A DNA stretch of 64,000 nt from Octopus bimaculoides (GCF_001194135.2 NC_068983.1:85616025-85680024); one strand, 5' to 3'; shown: positions 41,500 through 54,499, counted from the stretch's first letter. Numbers and translations: made by a program. Notes: generated by a model not told the origin, from the letters alone.

Positions 41500-41930
41500 A
41501 GAAGACACATAACCCAAGAGTGTTTACCTTGACAGAAGATGAGCTCGAAGTCCAACAGGCCAAAACCCCATATCCCAGATTCTTCATTGACACTATCCTA
41601 CCTGCACTCTTATCGCAAGTTAGACAAAGAGGGAAGATCATTGATTTGCTACAATACAGAAGACCATGGAAAGATCCACGCTAGGAATATCATTGCAAGA
41701 GCATATCTGAAATGGGGTAGTTCAAGAACTGAGCAGAGTGGATGATGTGATTACAGAATACCAAAAAAACAAGATTTGCTGAACCAGGATTGTTGCAAGG
41801 TTCACAGATAACAGGTGCATCCATGCAGTTGCCATGTGGTATCCAAGAGGAAAAAGTCCATTCAGTAAGCCTCCATGATGATGAGCAGATGATTTAGCTA
41901 AATGATTTGGGCCAAGATGGAAAAGGACGC
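41500..41930 (+). mobile_element. RTE-like LINE 3' ORF fragment
   Basis: NRCIHAVAMWYPRGKSPFSKPP***ADDLAK*FG matches the RTE C-terminal pattern NRW..V..WYPR..KRP.GRPP.RWxDD. Confidence 0.7.
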
Positions 41931-42255
41931 AATCATAAGTATTGTTTAATCTAAGACTTTGATAGCCTGATCAATATAGGCGATACATATGATATATCTA
42001 TATGTGTATATCTGTATCATTATTATTATTTCTAACCTTGTATGAGTCATATAGAATATGCTGAAGTTAGGGTTTCTACAACCAGATGCCCTTCCAGTAC
42101 TAACATTTGTTTCTTACCAAGCAAAGTGATATTTTCCACCAGCCAGAAATGTTTACATGAAGGACGGGGAAACACTGATTGTATCATGACACTCGTGTAC
42201 AGCTGCATGTGATGTCAAGACAAAAAGACATGAACACATACACATATGTACATAC

Positions 42256-42477
42256 ATACAAGGGTGTGTCGAAAAGTTCCTGGCTTTGGGAAAAAGAAAA
42301 TACAGGAGGGTCAGTTAATTATGATTTTTATCAACATATTCTTCTCTCAGATTCACACACTTATTGCAGTGGTCCTTCAGTTTCCCTAAGCCCTGTAAAA
42401 GAACTCAGAAGGTTGGGCCTCCACCCAAGCCTTTCACAATAGCCTTAAAGCCAGGAACTTTTCAGTATATCCTTATA
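42256..42477. mobile_element. Mariner-derived MITE (~220 bp)
   Basis: Inverted ends tacaagggtgtgtcgaaaagttcctggcttt and aaagccaggaacttttcagtatatccttata. TA termini. No coding capacity. Confidence 0.75.
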
Positions 42478-42974
42478 CATATATGCATACATGATAGGCT
42501 CTTTCAGTTTCTCTACCAAATCCATACTTGCCGAAGGTACCATACAGTGGAACTGAACCCAAAACCATGTGGTTGGAAAATGAGCTTTTTGACCACACAG
42601 CTATGCATCCATATATATATATGTACATGCATATTCAAACATAGATATATATTAGTATGTGGGTGTGTAAATATATGTAGGTGTGTGTGTGTGTGTGAGT
42701 ATGTGTGCACGCGTGTCTATACAGTATGGGCTACAAGTTCACTTTGCAAGAATTAATCTATTTCAGTTCCAAAACTTCCACATTCACATCCTCAAATTAA
42801 AGTGATGATAATGTTATGTTGGTTAAACACTATGCAGAAAGGTTACAAAGGATTTTGAGAATAATTTTATAACCCATAAAATCATCATTGTCAAGTTTCA
42901 AAATTATACAATGTTAAATTCTATATTTTCTGGATGGGACTGTGGAAGTTTCAAAACATTTATGAACTAATGAG

Positions 42975-43358
42975 GCTGTGTGGTAAGTAGCTTGCTTACC
43001 AACCACATGGATCCGGGTTCAGTTCCACTGCGTGGCACCTTGGGTAAGTGTCTTCTACTATAGCCTCGGGCCGACCAAAGCCTTTTGAGTGGATTTGGTA
43101 GATGGAAACTGAAAGAAGCCCATCATATATATGTGTATATATATGTTTGTGTGTCTGTGTTTGTCCCCCCAACATCGCTTGACAACTGATGCTGGTGTGT
43201 TTGCGTCCCCCGTAACTTACCAGTTCGGCAAAAAGAGACCAATAGAATAAGTACTAGGCTTACAAAGAATAAGTCCTGGGGTCAATTTGCTCAACTAAAG
43301 GCGGTGCCCCAGCATGGCCGCAGTCAAATGACTGAAACAAGTAAAAAAGAGAAAAGAG
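42975..43358 (+). mobile_element. Dominant-family SINE, CpG-retaining (young) copy
   Basis: Same family. Retains CpGs (actgcgtggc, cctcgggccgacc, ggcggtgcc). Further copies: ~255-650(-), 3525-3935(+), 20325-20697(-), 28305-28690(-), 39605-39975(+), 48497-48897(+), 60700-61090(-), plus many fragments. Confidence 0.9.
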
Positions 43359-43379
43359 AGGAAGAGTAATGAACTTAGA

Positions 43380-43788
43380 NNNNNNNNNNNNNNNNNNNNN
43401 NNNNNNNNNNNNNNNNNNNNNNNNNNNNNNNNNNNNNNNNNNNNNNNNNNNNNNNNNNNNNNNNNNNNNNNNNNNNNNNNNNNNNNNNNNNNNNNNNNNN
43501 NNNNNNNNNNNNNNNNNNNNNNNNNNNNNNNNNNNNNNNNNNNNNNNNNNNNNNNNNNNNNNNNNNNNNNNNNNNNNNNNNNNNNNNNNNNNNNNNNNNN
43601 NNNNNNNNNNNNNNNNNNNNNNNNNNNNNNNNNNNNNNNNNNNNNNNNNNNNNNNNNNNNNNNNNNNNNNNNNNNNNNNNNNNNNNNNNNNNNNNNNNNN
43701 NNNNNNNNNNNNNNNNNNNNNNNNNNNNNNNNNNNNNNNNNNNNNNNNNNNNNNNNNNNNNNNNNNNNNNNNNNNNNNNNNNNNNNNN
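43380..43788. other. Assembly gap (largest of 8 N-runs)
   Basis: Other gaps: 5999-6106, 9093-9133, 17371-17414, 32961-32970, 40761-41087, 44017-44026, 47449-47602. Confidence 0.99.
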
Positions 43789-44615
43789 TAATGTCTCTTT
43801 GTGACAATTTCATACAAACATGTCAAGACAGTCATATAAGCAACTCAATTTCCAATATTCTGTGACAACATTCTGGTTATGGGGAAATGCTAGCTTGCTT
43901 GGAAACAGGTGAAAGTTAGTGACAGGAATGACATCAGACTGTAGGAAATTTGCCTCAATAAACTCTGTCCTTCTGATGGAAGTATGCAGAAGTGAATGTT
44001 CAATGTGTGTCTGTGGNNNNNNNNNNGGGGGGGAGATAGACAGACAGATAGAGAGAGACAAACAGACATACATAAAATACTCAAATATGTATACACATAC
44101 AAACATGTGAACACATACATAAATATGTTACATTTATTTGTTCATTTTATGTCCTGTTTGCCAATGCTAACATGAGTTAGACAAATGCATATCATTGCAG
44201 CACTCTTTTATAGTTAATGCTATTACTGTTGCTAACCCTACCCCAAGTTTCCAGTATGGAATTTTTAATTCCATTCATCTTAAAAAACACAGAGCAAGTT
44301 AAGGATTTGTTAAAAAAAAGACTTCAACAAACTCAGCTTGTAGCCCAAAACTTTTTCATACAAAGCACAAAATGTAAACTTTCACCCACACACATACAAA
44401 CCATGTGTGTGTGTGTGTATACATATATACACACACATATGCATACATATGTACACACACATATGTAGTTATAAATACATAATGCAGTCAGTGTGTGCAT
44501 ATGTATATACATTTATTCCTTTCTCTCTCTTTATCTTAATTTTTCTATATGTGATAGTGGATTTTCATTGATGAGTTCTTGAAAATTGGTTTATTTTCCC
44601 TAAAACTATATATTT

Positions 44616-44683
<68 letters not shown>

Positions 44684-44769
44684 ATAACTTGTGATAAAGA
44701 ATTAAGGTTCTTTGCTTATCAGATTAAACAATATTTATGATTTTGTTGCACAATGTTATAATGAAGAGA

Positions 44770-45400
44770 CAGCTGGTATTTGTAACTGTTGAAATACAAA
44801 CAAAATTGACCATGTGAAAAAGGTCTTCTAGTTCCATCCCAATAACTTCCAATCATAGCCCTTGTAGTCTATGGATGATCATGGCAAAACTAAGCAGGAC
44901 ACGAAAACAGAAACCTTCGAAATTTAAATGGTAAACCAGTCGACCTTCAATAGTATTCTAGTAAAGGAATGACAACCAACAGCAGGTTTTTCTGACATGC
45001 TTGTGACCTACTGGCCATGAGGCCTATTTCTGTGTCATTACAAAGTTTTGTAGGATCTAGATTATAATGCAGACATTAATCTATGATGCTCTAAGCTTAA
45101 GCATCAGATTGTGCAAACAGGTTCCTGCTGGTTTGAGGTTGTTCAGAATTTCAGTTGTATAATTTACAACTTGCTCCTATGATGCGTTTGTCTATTGATT
45201 TGCAGCATCATTTCCCTCTGGGTGGAATATCCAGTAGCTTTCTGTCGATCTTTCTCACAGCGACATTTATCAGTGCTGATACTGCTTTTCCACAGAGCCG
45301 TTGGGATTATATTGTTTGTCTGATGTAATTGTTAGGCAAGACTCTGACAATCAGTTCCTGTCTTGTTACAATGATATGGTTGAATAGTAACTGAATTTAA
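44770..45400 (-). mobile_element. Helitron RepHel PIF1-like helicase C-terminal remnant
   Basis: Manual translation gives TTEILNNLKPAG..HNLMLK (45124-45158), NLDPTKLCNDT (45052-45063), GLPFKFRR, SFAMII (44880-44888) and FSHGQ (44806-44817). These are colinear with PIF1 motifs EFLNSLxPxGxPxHxLxLK, NLxxxxGLCNGT, PFxFxRxQFP, FAMTINKSQG and FSHGQLYVA. Intronless and frameshifted. Confidence 0.85.
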
Positions 45401-45652
45401 TTGGTGAAATCCCTTTCTCAAAAACTCTATTTCCCACTTTGAGTAATTAGCTGGAGAACACACCCACAACATTATCGCCAAGCAAATGCATTAGAATACT
45501 GGTGGTAAAGCTCAGTCATCCAATGCTGTAACCAGAAATAAGGTTTTTATGCATTGATTTTATCTCAAAGAATTATGAAGATATCAATCCATATTCTCCT
45601 GCAAATGACAATTAGGCTTTTACACACATATACTGATAAATATACACATTAC

Positions 45653-45684
<32 letters not shown>

Positions 45685-45974
45685 TACATTTATATACATG
45701 CATGCATGAAGAAATATAGCTTAAGATATACAGATACATACATACACACATATAACTGACTTCAAGAATTTTCTAAGCTTTCAAGCAAACATGAAAATTC
45801 TTTTTTAAGAACATTGGTTCTCAAAGCCCATCACATAAAGCTATGAATAATACCATGTAGATATTGGATTAAAAATTTGACTTTTGCCAGCCACAAGGGC
45901 TTTTCAATCCTTTAAGTACATGTTATAATTCATAGCTTTATGTGATGTGCATCGAAACCCAACGTTCCACAAAG

Positions 45975-46358
45975 GATATATATGTATAGATATACACATA
46001 TACATATATATACATACATATACATACATATATATATATATATATACACACATATATACACATATCTATACATACATACCTACACACACACACACACACA
46101 TATATATACACATACATACATACATATGTACATATAAGCATACATACATATATACATACATATATATATACATATAAATACATATGTACATGTATATAGA
46201 TACATACATACATATACATATATATATATACATACATCTATATATACATATATACATACATATATATATATATACATATATACATACATATATATACATA
46301 TATGCATACATATACATATATACATACATATATATACACATATATATATACATATATA
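45975..46358 (+). repeat. Compound (TA)/(CA)/(CATA) microsatellite field
   Basis: Direct reading. Similar fields at 47390-48055, 48900-49040 and 50490-50685. Confidence 0.97.
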
Positions 46359-47340
46359 TGATGATGATGGCTGTCCACTCATGACCGAGGAAGACAATTG
46401 CTGACCTTCAGAAACATTGTGCGCTCTAGGACTAACTTATATTTTGCAGCTCACTTAAGTTCTTCATGCTGATTACATGCTCTCTCAAAAGTGTCGATCC
46501 TCTCCTTAACCTGCTTCCTCCATCTGTGGCAATGACAGGCCTTTAATGAGGACTTGACATAGTCCTTAAATTGCAGTCTTGGTTTCTGCTGGAGTCTCCT
46601 TCTAGTCACAAGTTCTCCAGATAGCATCTGCTGAGGAATCCTGCTATCCTTCATTCTAATAAGGTGTCCAGTCCAACATGACCGGTGCTTGAGCACCATT
46701 GCCTCAATACTCAGGACCTGTGTGTCTGGAATTTTTGAGGTTCAGCCAACATTGCGAATGTGTCTGAGACATCTCTGACAAAAATGTTCAAGGACCCTTA
46801 CCTGACGTTTGTACAGAGTCCAGGTCTCACATGAGTATAGGAGTGATGTCAGTACACATGCACGGTACACAGCAATATTTGTTTGCCTTGCAATGCCATG
46901 CTGGGACCAGAAACGAGACTGAAGAGACCAGAAGGAATTAGTTGCTCTCTGCAACCTGAAAGATATTTCCTCATCTAGGGAGCAGGAATGGCTGAGTGTG
47001 CTGCCCAGGTAGACAAACCTTCAGAATTGTTCCTTCAACCAAGATAGATGGTTTCACATATGGATTTCCTGGTGCAGGCTGGAACATTACAACAGTCTTG
47101 TCCAGGCTAATGCTGAGTCAAAATGCCTTGCAAGAAGCAGAAATGCAATTTATGAGTATTTGCATGTCATCCACTGTATGAGTGACTAAGTCACAGTCAT
47201 CTGCATAAAGGAGGTCACGAATAATAGACTGGAGAACCTTTGAATTGGCAGCAAATCGGCGAAGATTAAAGAGGCGGCCAGAAGATCAATATCTGACATA
47301 TATTCCAAGAGAGCTAACCTTAGCAAAAGCATGAGTAAAA
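46358..47340 (-). mobile_element. RTE-clade LINE, 5'-truncated 3' part
   Basis: RT active site RDLLYADDCDL (YADD at 47196-47207). ORFs with VYRACVLTSLLYSCETW and WTGHLIRMKDSRIPQQMLSGEL. 3' tail (CAT)n at ~46358-46370. Confidence 0.93.
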
Positions 47341-47390
47341 GCAGCAGCAAAGTACAAAGAAAAGAGAGTTCGGGCAAGGATATCACGTAC

Positions 47391-47448
<58 letters not shown>

Positions 47449-48598
47449 NNNNNNNNNNNNNNNNNNNNNNNNNNNNNNNNNNNNNNNNNNNNNNNNNNNN
47501 NNNNNNNNNNNNNNNNNNNNNNNNNNNNNNNNNNNNNNNNNNNNNNNNNNNNNNNNNNNNNNNNNNNNNNNNNNNNNNNNNNNNNNNNNNNNNNNNNNNN
47601 NNCATACATATATACACATACATGCATACATACATATGCATACATACATATGCATATACATACATATACACTTATACACATATATATATATACATACACA
47701 CACATATATACATATATGCATATATATACATATATAAACATACATGCATACATATATACATACATGTATATATATACATACATGTATATATATACATACA
47801 TGTATATATATACATACATGTAGACATACATATATGAACATACATATATACATACATATATGAACATACATATATACATACATATATGAACATACATATA
47901 TACATACATATATATATAAATATATGAACATACACATATACATACATATATGTATATATGAACATACACATATACATACATACATATATAAACATACACA
48001 TATATATGTACATACATATATTTACATACATATACATTTGTATACATATATATATTTTCTCTCTTCGCTCCTTTGCGCCACATGGGCACAACTCTCCTCC
48101 CCTCTTCATCTAACCTTCTCCCATCACCTCTTCCCCCACACCTACTTCCTCCCACCCATCTCTTCTCTTCACTTCTACCCACCTTCTCCTTTCCGCAGTT
48201 TCATTGTCACCCCTCCATTATAACCCATTCCATATACGCCCACCCCATCCCTTACACCAACTCCCATATACCCCCACACCTCACTTCTACCCCCATCCCC
48301 AGTCTACCCATATACCCCACCTCTACTCCTACCTTCGACCTAACCCATACCCCACCATTGCTTTCCCCACTTGCCTCTCCTACCTACCGATGCCATCACA
48401 CCACACCACACACCACCATACCATACCACACAATACCACATCACATCACACCACCAGGCACACACTAGCACTGACCACTACCCAGCCACACATACACATA
48501 CATACTTGGGCAAGAAGTGTCTTCTACTATAGCTTTGAGCTGACCAAAGCCTTGTGAGTGGATTTGGTAGACGGAAACTGAAAGAAGCCTCTCATATA

Positions 48599-48686
<88 letters not shown>

Positions 48687-50113
48687 ATGTATCTGTGTAT
48701 TTGTCCCCCCAACATCGCTTGACAACTGATGCTGGTGTATTTAGGTCCTCGTAACCTAGCGGTTTGGCAAAAGAGACTGATAGAATTAGTACTAGGCTTA
48801 CAAAGAATAAGTCCTGGGGTCAATTTGATTCGACCAAAGGCAGTTCTCCAGCATGGCCACAGTCAAATGACTGAAACAAGTAAAAGAATAAAAGAATACA
48901 CACATATATATATATATATATATATGTACATATACACATATGTACACATACACATATATGTACATACACACACACACACATATATATATATACACATATA
49001 TACATATACACATATATATATACACATACATATACACATACAAAAGCAAAGACTGGTGGCCTCACACATAGAGTTTGCTTCTCACAGTCAAAAGGCAGTG
49101 GATTCAATTCCTAAGAAAATAGTGCATGTTTCCTTCGGCAAGATATTTCATGTTACTCTATCATCATTAGCTGAATGTGAGTACCAACTCAACTGCTGGT
49201 GTATCCTCATCTCCTCATACTGTCATTTCCTCAGTAATCCATTGGGTAAATAGTGGAAAGGCACAGCACAAGGTATTAAGCAATACTCACTTGAGATTGA
49301 TGGTTAACCTTTTACATGCATATAGATTTGCACACACATACATGTATACACACACACACACACAGGCTCCAATCTGATCTGGCAAGGTTTGTATAGCTGG
49401 ATACCCTCCGCAATGCCAACCACTTCAAGCGTGTAGTGGATGCTTTTTACAGGCCACCAGTATGAGGGCCAGTAAGGTGATACTGGCATCGACCACGCTT
49501 GAATGGTGCATTTTACATGCCACCGGCATAGGTTCCAGTCAGGCAGTACTGGCATCAGCTACGCCAGTCCTCAGTCAAACTGTCCAACCCACACCAGTAT
49601 GGAAAGCAGACGTTAAACGATGATGATACACACACACACACACACACACTGGCACTGTGTCCATTAAGACGACAAGGGTTCCAGTTGACCTGATCAACAG
49701 AACAGCCTGCTCAGAAAATTAACATGCAAGTGGCTGAGTGTTCCACAGACGCGCATACCTTTAACATAGTTCCCTGAGACGTTTACCATGACACATGAAA
49801 TAAAGCACCTTGTTCAAGGACACAAAATACTACCAGGGATCAAACTCACACCCTTACAATCCTGAGCTGAATACCCTAACTGCTAAGCCATGCGCTTCCA
49901 ACATACACACACTCAAAAGCAAGGAAGGATTAGATAATCCAGACACTCACCATACTCTCACATGATTAGCAATGATCTCAAGTTGTATAAAGAAGAATTT
50001 CGCTTGCAGAAACACAGGTTTCAAATAGAAAGAAAATTGGTAAGATTTACTTCTGTCATAAACAATGCGTAATAATAAGTGAAAAGTGGAGTTCATTGTA
50101 TAACATCTATTCC

Positions 50114-50218
50114 ATGGTTTATAATTATTTCAACAACTTGCAGGTGACCATTCAAATATCATGTCTATAAAGATATGTGGTTGGTCACCTGCAAGTTATT
50201 AAAATAATTGTAAACTAT
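50114..50218. repeat. 37-bp inverted repeat (hairpin) with 31-nt loop
   Basis: gtttataattatttcaacaacttgcaggtgacca (50117-50150) pairs with tggtcacctgcaagttattaaaataattgtaaac (50182-50215), 3 non-Watson-Crick positions. Extendable by 3 bp. Confidence 0.92.
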
Positions 50219-50230
50219 CTAATAAGATCG

Positions 50231-50289
50231 GTGATTGTCTTACGCTGACGAAGGGTAAATACCTAGAAACCCGGGTCCGTGCATATCAC
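50231..50289 (+). ncRNA. Minimal type I hammerhead ribozyme (Penelope-type)
   Basis: Core CTGACGA at 50245-50251. Stem II GGGT/ACCT with AAAT loop. GAAA at 50266-50269. 2-bp stem III capped by palindromic CCGG. GTC cleavage triplet at 50275-50277. Stem I TACG/CGTG extended by TG/CA and GTGAT/ATCAC. Confidence 0.75.
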
Positions 50290-51435
50290 GTCAGATCGAA
50301 GATGGGAAGGATGACTTCCCTTTGCAAATACCGACAGGGCACAGAAAGTGTGTCAATAACCAGCTGGAGGTGTTCTCCTGGGGCTAAAAGCAACAGTAAC
50401 ATTCACCCTTAGGGTTTAGCCGCATTTAAGTGGCAAATATACTTCACATTATGTAATAAGTGTTATATTATAAACTCCACTCTTCACTTATATATACATA
50501 CATACACACACAAATGTATATGTACACACATAAACATACATTTATATAGACACACACACATACATAAACATACATATATACATAAACACACATACATAAA
50601 CATAAATGTACATATATACACATACATTTATATGTATACATACATATATATTTATCAACATAAATACACATATGTACATACATTATGCATTTAACATGAG
50701 TTTTTAGTTATATAATTCTTACATAATACTACCGTCTTCAATCAAACATTTCAAAATAGAAATGGCAAACAAAAATTTGCTCTATGTGTAGCAGTTGTCT
50801 GGACGGTCTCAAGAGAACCTGCCTTTGTGCAGAGATGAAGAGGAAAAAAAAGGGATAGAGAGGGAGAGGATGAGTATAAAAGAGAAAGAGAACATGCAGA
50901 AATAGATGAGAGGAAGAGGTGGGAGAAAAATGAAGTAAATGAGAGATATATAAACAAACAAATGTACGATTAAATGGACAAATAAATCTAAATGACAAAG
51001 AATGAAAGAGAGGAGGAAGAAGCAGAAGCAAAAAGGGGGAGGTGAGGAAGAAGTAAAAAAAATTGAAGCAGACAGGGATGTTTCAGTTTCCATCAGCCAA
51101 ATCCACAAACAAGGCTTTGGTTAGCCTGTGGCTATAATAGAAGTCACTTGCCTAAAGTGCTACACTGTGGGACTGAACCTAAAACCATGTGGTTGGAAAA
51201 CAAACTTCGCAATCCCACAGATGCTTAACAAATACATGAACATTTGTATATACATTTATATAAATATAAACTTCAATGCTCAAAATGAGGAGTTGATAGA
51301 CAGCTGACAACTGATGAAGGGTCATTCTTTATGTTACTTGTCCTGTTTTCCATTTGTTTCTCTCGTTTGCATATTGAATTCATGTGTTTTTGTATTTCAT
51401 GTTTACTGTTGGTGATGTCCTGTACCCATATATGC

Positions 51436-51474
<39 letters not shown>

Positions 51475-51869
51475 CATATATATATATACATTATTTATAT
51501 TATTCGACTGAATGCCATGCATCCATTTCCAAGTAAGTTTACATTTATATACATATACACAAACACATGCAAAGACATTTATCTACACACATAGACATAT
51601 ACTGTGAAACATAATAAACATATGTTACACAAGATTTATCCAAAAGAAAACCAAACTTTTTCAAAAGTTCACTCAGTATCTAATGAGATTTTTTTCTCAC
51701 TCAAACTCCCTCCATCTTTCATATACAACTACTCTCAAAATTTTATTATTCAGTTTTGGAACTTGTCTGAAATCATGTTATCTAGAATAATGTACAGTTC
51801 TCACAGAAAATGTTTTTACTGTATTTTGCAACAGTGAATTTCACCTTTGAGAACAAAAAAAAAAAAATG

Positions 51870-52700
51870 CCAGCAGTGACCAAATTTCAAGAGTAGTGTG
51901 GCTTGGAAGCCTGTCTCTTGCTTTTCCCAAATGTCACAGATTTGAAGTGATACATAAGCAGATGTGCTGTAGTGCAGCATCTTGGTTTACTTTGTCCATA
52001 TCTTCAGCATTTTCCTTCATATGGTTTCTTTCAAATGCCTCAGAACATACAAGTATAGGTCTTTATTCATCATCTGATCATGAGGAATGAATTTATGGTA
52101 AAAATCTAATCATCGAATCAGAATAGACAATCAACAACACTAGACACCTAAAAACAATACTAACATGCTATTGGGAGAAGGGGAACAATAATGACCCAGC
52201 CTAATGCAAAGGTGATCTAACTCAGCCCACGTGACTTTCTGAAAGGCACACCAATGAAAAATTATCTTGAATTGTTTTAGCTTTATAATCCACTTGATAA
52301 GCCATGTCTCATGTGACATGCTTCTGGAAAAAAGTTGCCCGATCCAACACATTGAGATGACTGACCTTTTGTTTTGACATTATAGCCCAACACCCATGTC
52401 ATTTCATCACTAGTTGTAACACTTTTCATAAAGTTTTCATCAGCATTGAAACAATCAAACAACTTCTGGCTTGACTATGCCTCAGTTTCCTTTTCATTCA
52501 TGGCAGCCAATATGACACAAATAGTGTGGCCAACGTGATGCACCCTCTGTATTTCTTTCAATATCAAGTGGCAAGAATTATTACAGGCAATGGTTTTCAT
52601 TGATCATAGCAGACACATTAAACATTGTCATGGAACTTTTGGAACATGGAGATTTTGAATCATCTTTGCTGGAAGTTGTTCATGATTTGAAACAATGGCT
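51870..52700 (-). mobile_element. Decayed mariner transposase remnant
   Basis: Manual minus-strand translation gives LFDCFNADENFMKSVTTSDE..WVLGYNVKTKGQSSQ and HKFIPHDQMMNKDLYLYVLRHLKETI, matching mariner DDE-domain blocks. Many stops are present and no TIR was resolved. Confidence 0.8.
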
Positions 52701-52742
52701 ACTACTTTTGGTGTGGTGTACAAATATATATGTATGTGTGTA

Positions 52743-52780
<38 letters not shown>

Positions 52781-53119
52781 TATATATGTATCTGTGTCTG
52801 GATACCAAGTGATAGTTTCAAATTAGCATCACTGGCATACAAGTGATGCTGTTCACCTCCAATCTTCCATGAAAAACACATCAGGCCAAGGGAAGACACC
52901 AACTCACCAGGAAACATATGAGGGCTAGTAACAGGACAGGCATCCAACCACAGAAAATCCACCCAACCCCTGGAAGCATGGAACAGTAGATGCTAAATGA
53001 TGATGATGATAATGAAATATGTACACTAGGTGCACAGAAAATTTGCATATTAGACAAAGAATGCAAAGAGATATCTAAATACTGTGATGAGACAAAATAA
53101 ATATTCTCAAACATGGGTA

Positions 53120-54313
53120 TACAAGGGGGTACCCAAAAGTAACCAGAAATGTTCTTTGTGGGACAAGCCCATTGTAGTTCAGGTTCCACCACTAGAAGCC
53201 ATTTGGTGTGACCCTCAGGCATCAGTCTGCTGACCAGTGGCATTGAGTGAAGTCGTACTGCTAATGGTGCGTTTTTGTTTCAAAGTGTTTCTCCCGTTTA
53301 TCGATTTTTGTGATGGCTGAAATGAAGGGACAGCATGCTTCCATGAAATTCCGTTTTCTGCTGGGGAAAAGAGCAGCCGAAACAGCTTACAAGGATGCTG
53401 TCATGAGCAAAGCACAAGTTTACAGGTGGTTTTCACACTTTAGGAATGGTAACTTGAAGACCAACTTCGTTCAGGGCAACTGTCGACCTCTCAAACAAAT
53501 GAAAACATGAAAATTCATGAACTGATCGTGGAGGACTGTCACCAAACAATTGACAAACTTGTTGATATGACTGGTGTCTCCTGGAGCTCCACCCAACAAA
53601 ATTTGAGCAAGGAATTGTGGATGAAAATAGTTGCAGCAAAATTTGTGCTTCACTTGCACACAGAAGATCAAAAGCAGTTACAACTGAATGCATGTCATGA
53701 ACTGAAAGAACAGTCGGAAGCTGATCCGAACCATTTTTCAAAAGGACATCATTGGTAACAAAAAGCTGGTTCTACAGCTACAACCCAGAAATGAAGCAGC
53801 AATCAAGTCAATGAAAGCATTCAATGTCACCATGCCCCAAAAAGGTGCATCAAGTGAAGTCCAATGTCAAGATTATACTGATTTGTTTCATTGATGCGAA
53901 AGTAATTGTCTACAAAATATTTGTTCCTCCTGGTCAAACTGTTAAGCAGACATTTTACTTGGCAGTTCTGAAGCATTTGCAAGACACAGCAAGACAAAAA
54001 TGCCCTGACCAGTGGCAAAGTGGAGAGTGGTGGTTTCATCACGACAATGCACCATCGTACACTGTCTTAAGTGTGAGATAGTTTTTGACCAAAAAACGTT
54101 TTGCAGATGTGGAAGAGGTGAAGAAAACAACAACTGAGGCATTAAAAGGCATCACTTCACAAGAGTTCTAGGACTGCTTCAAACAGTGGAAAACATGTCT
54201 GGACCGATGCATTGCTTCAAATGGAGAATACTTTGAAGGCAATAAAAGTGTAAACATGTAAAGTGAATGAAATAATAATGCAAAATTCTGGTCTCTTTTG
54301 GGTACCCCTCATA
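53120..54313 (+). mobile_element. Mariner transposon (irritans/Hsmar2-like by motif impression), full-length, decayed
   Basis: TIRs tacaagggggtacccaaaagtaaccagaa (53120-53148) and ttctggtctcttttgggtacccctcata (54286-54313). ORF pieces include QHASMKFRFLLGKRAAET..AQVYRWFSHF, KIVAAKFVLHLHT and PPGQTVKQTFYLAVL..WWFHHDNAPSY. Confidence 0.93.
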
Positions 54314-54499
54314 TGTTTAAAACAGATATGTTTAAAATGCTAGACTCAATAAGAAGGGACAAGTAAACAATTTGTAGTAAGAAGAGAGATAAGGGGAGAG
54401 TTCTCACAAAACTAGACTAGTCTGTTGTGGGTGGTATTTTCCAATTTCTGAAATATAGGGGATGCCTGGCAAAGTGATCAACATAGAAATAGAACTCAT

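Noticed and set aside
40356-48223. Long HT/CV/YI-repeat ORFs
   Set aside because: Microsatellite and N-gap artefacts.
51311-51335. Second hammerhead half (CTGATGAAGGGT, nearly identical to the start of the 50245 core)
   Set aside because: No downstream GAAA, stem III or cleavage triplet. At most a decayed relic.
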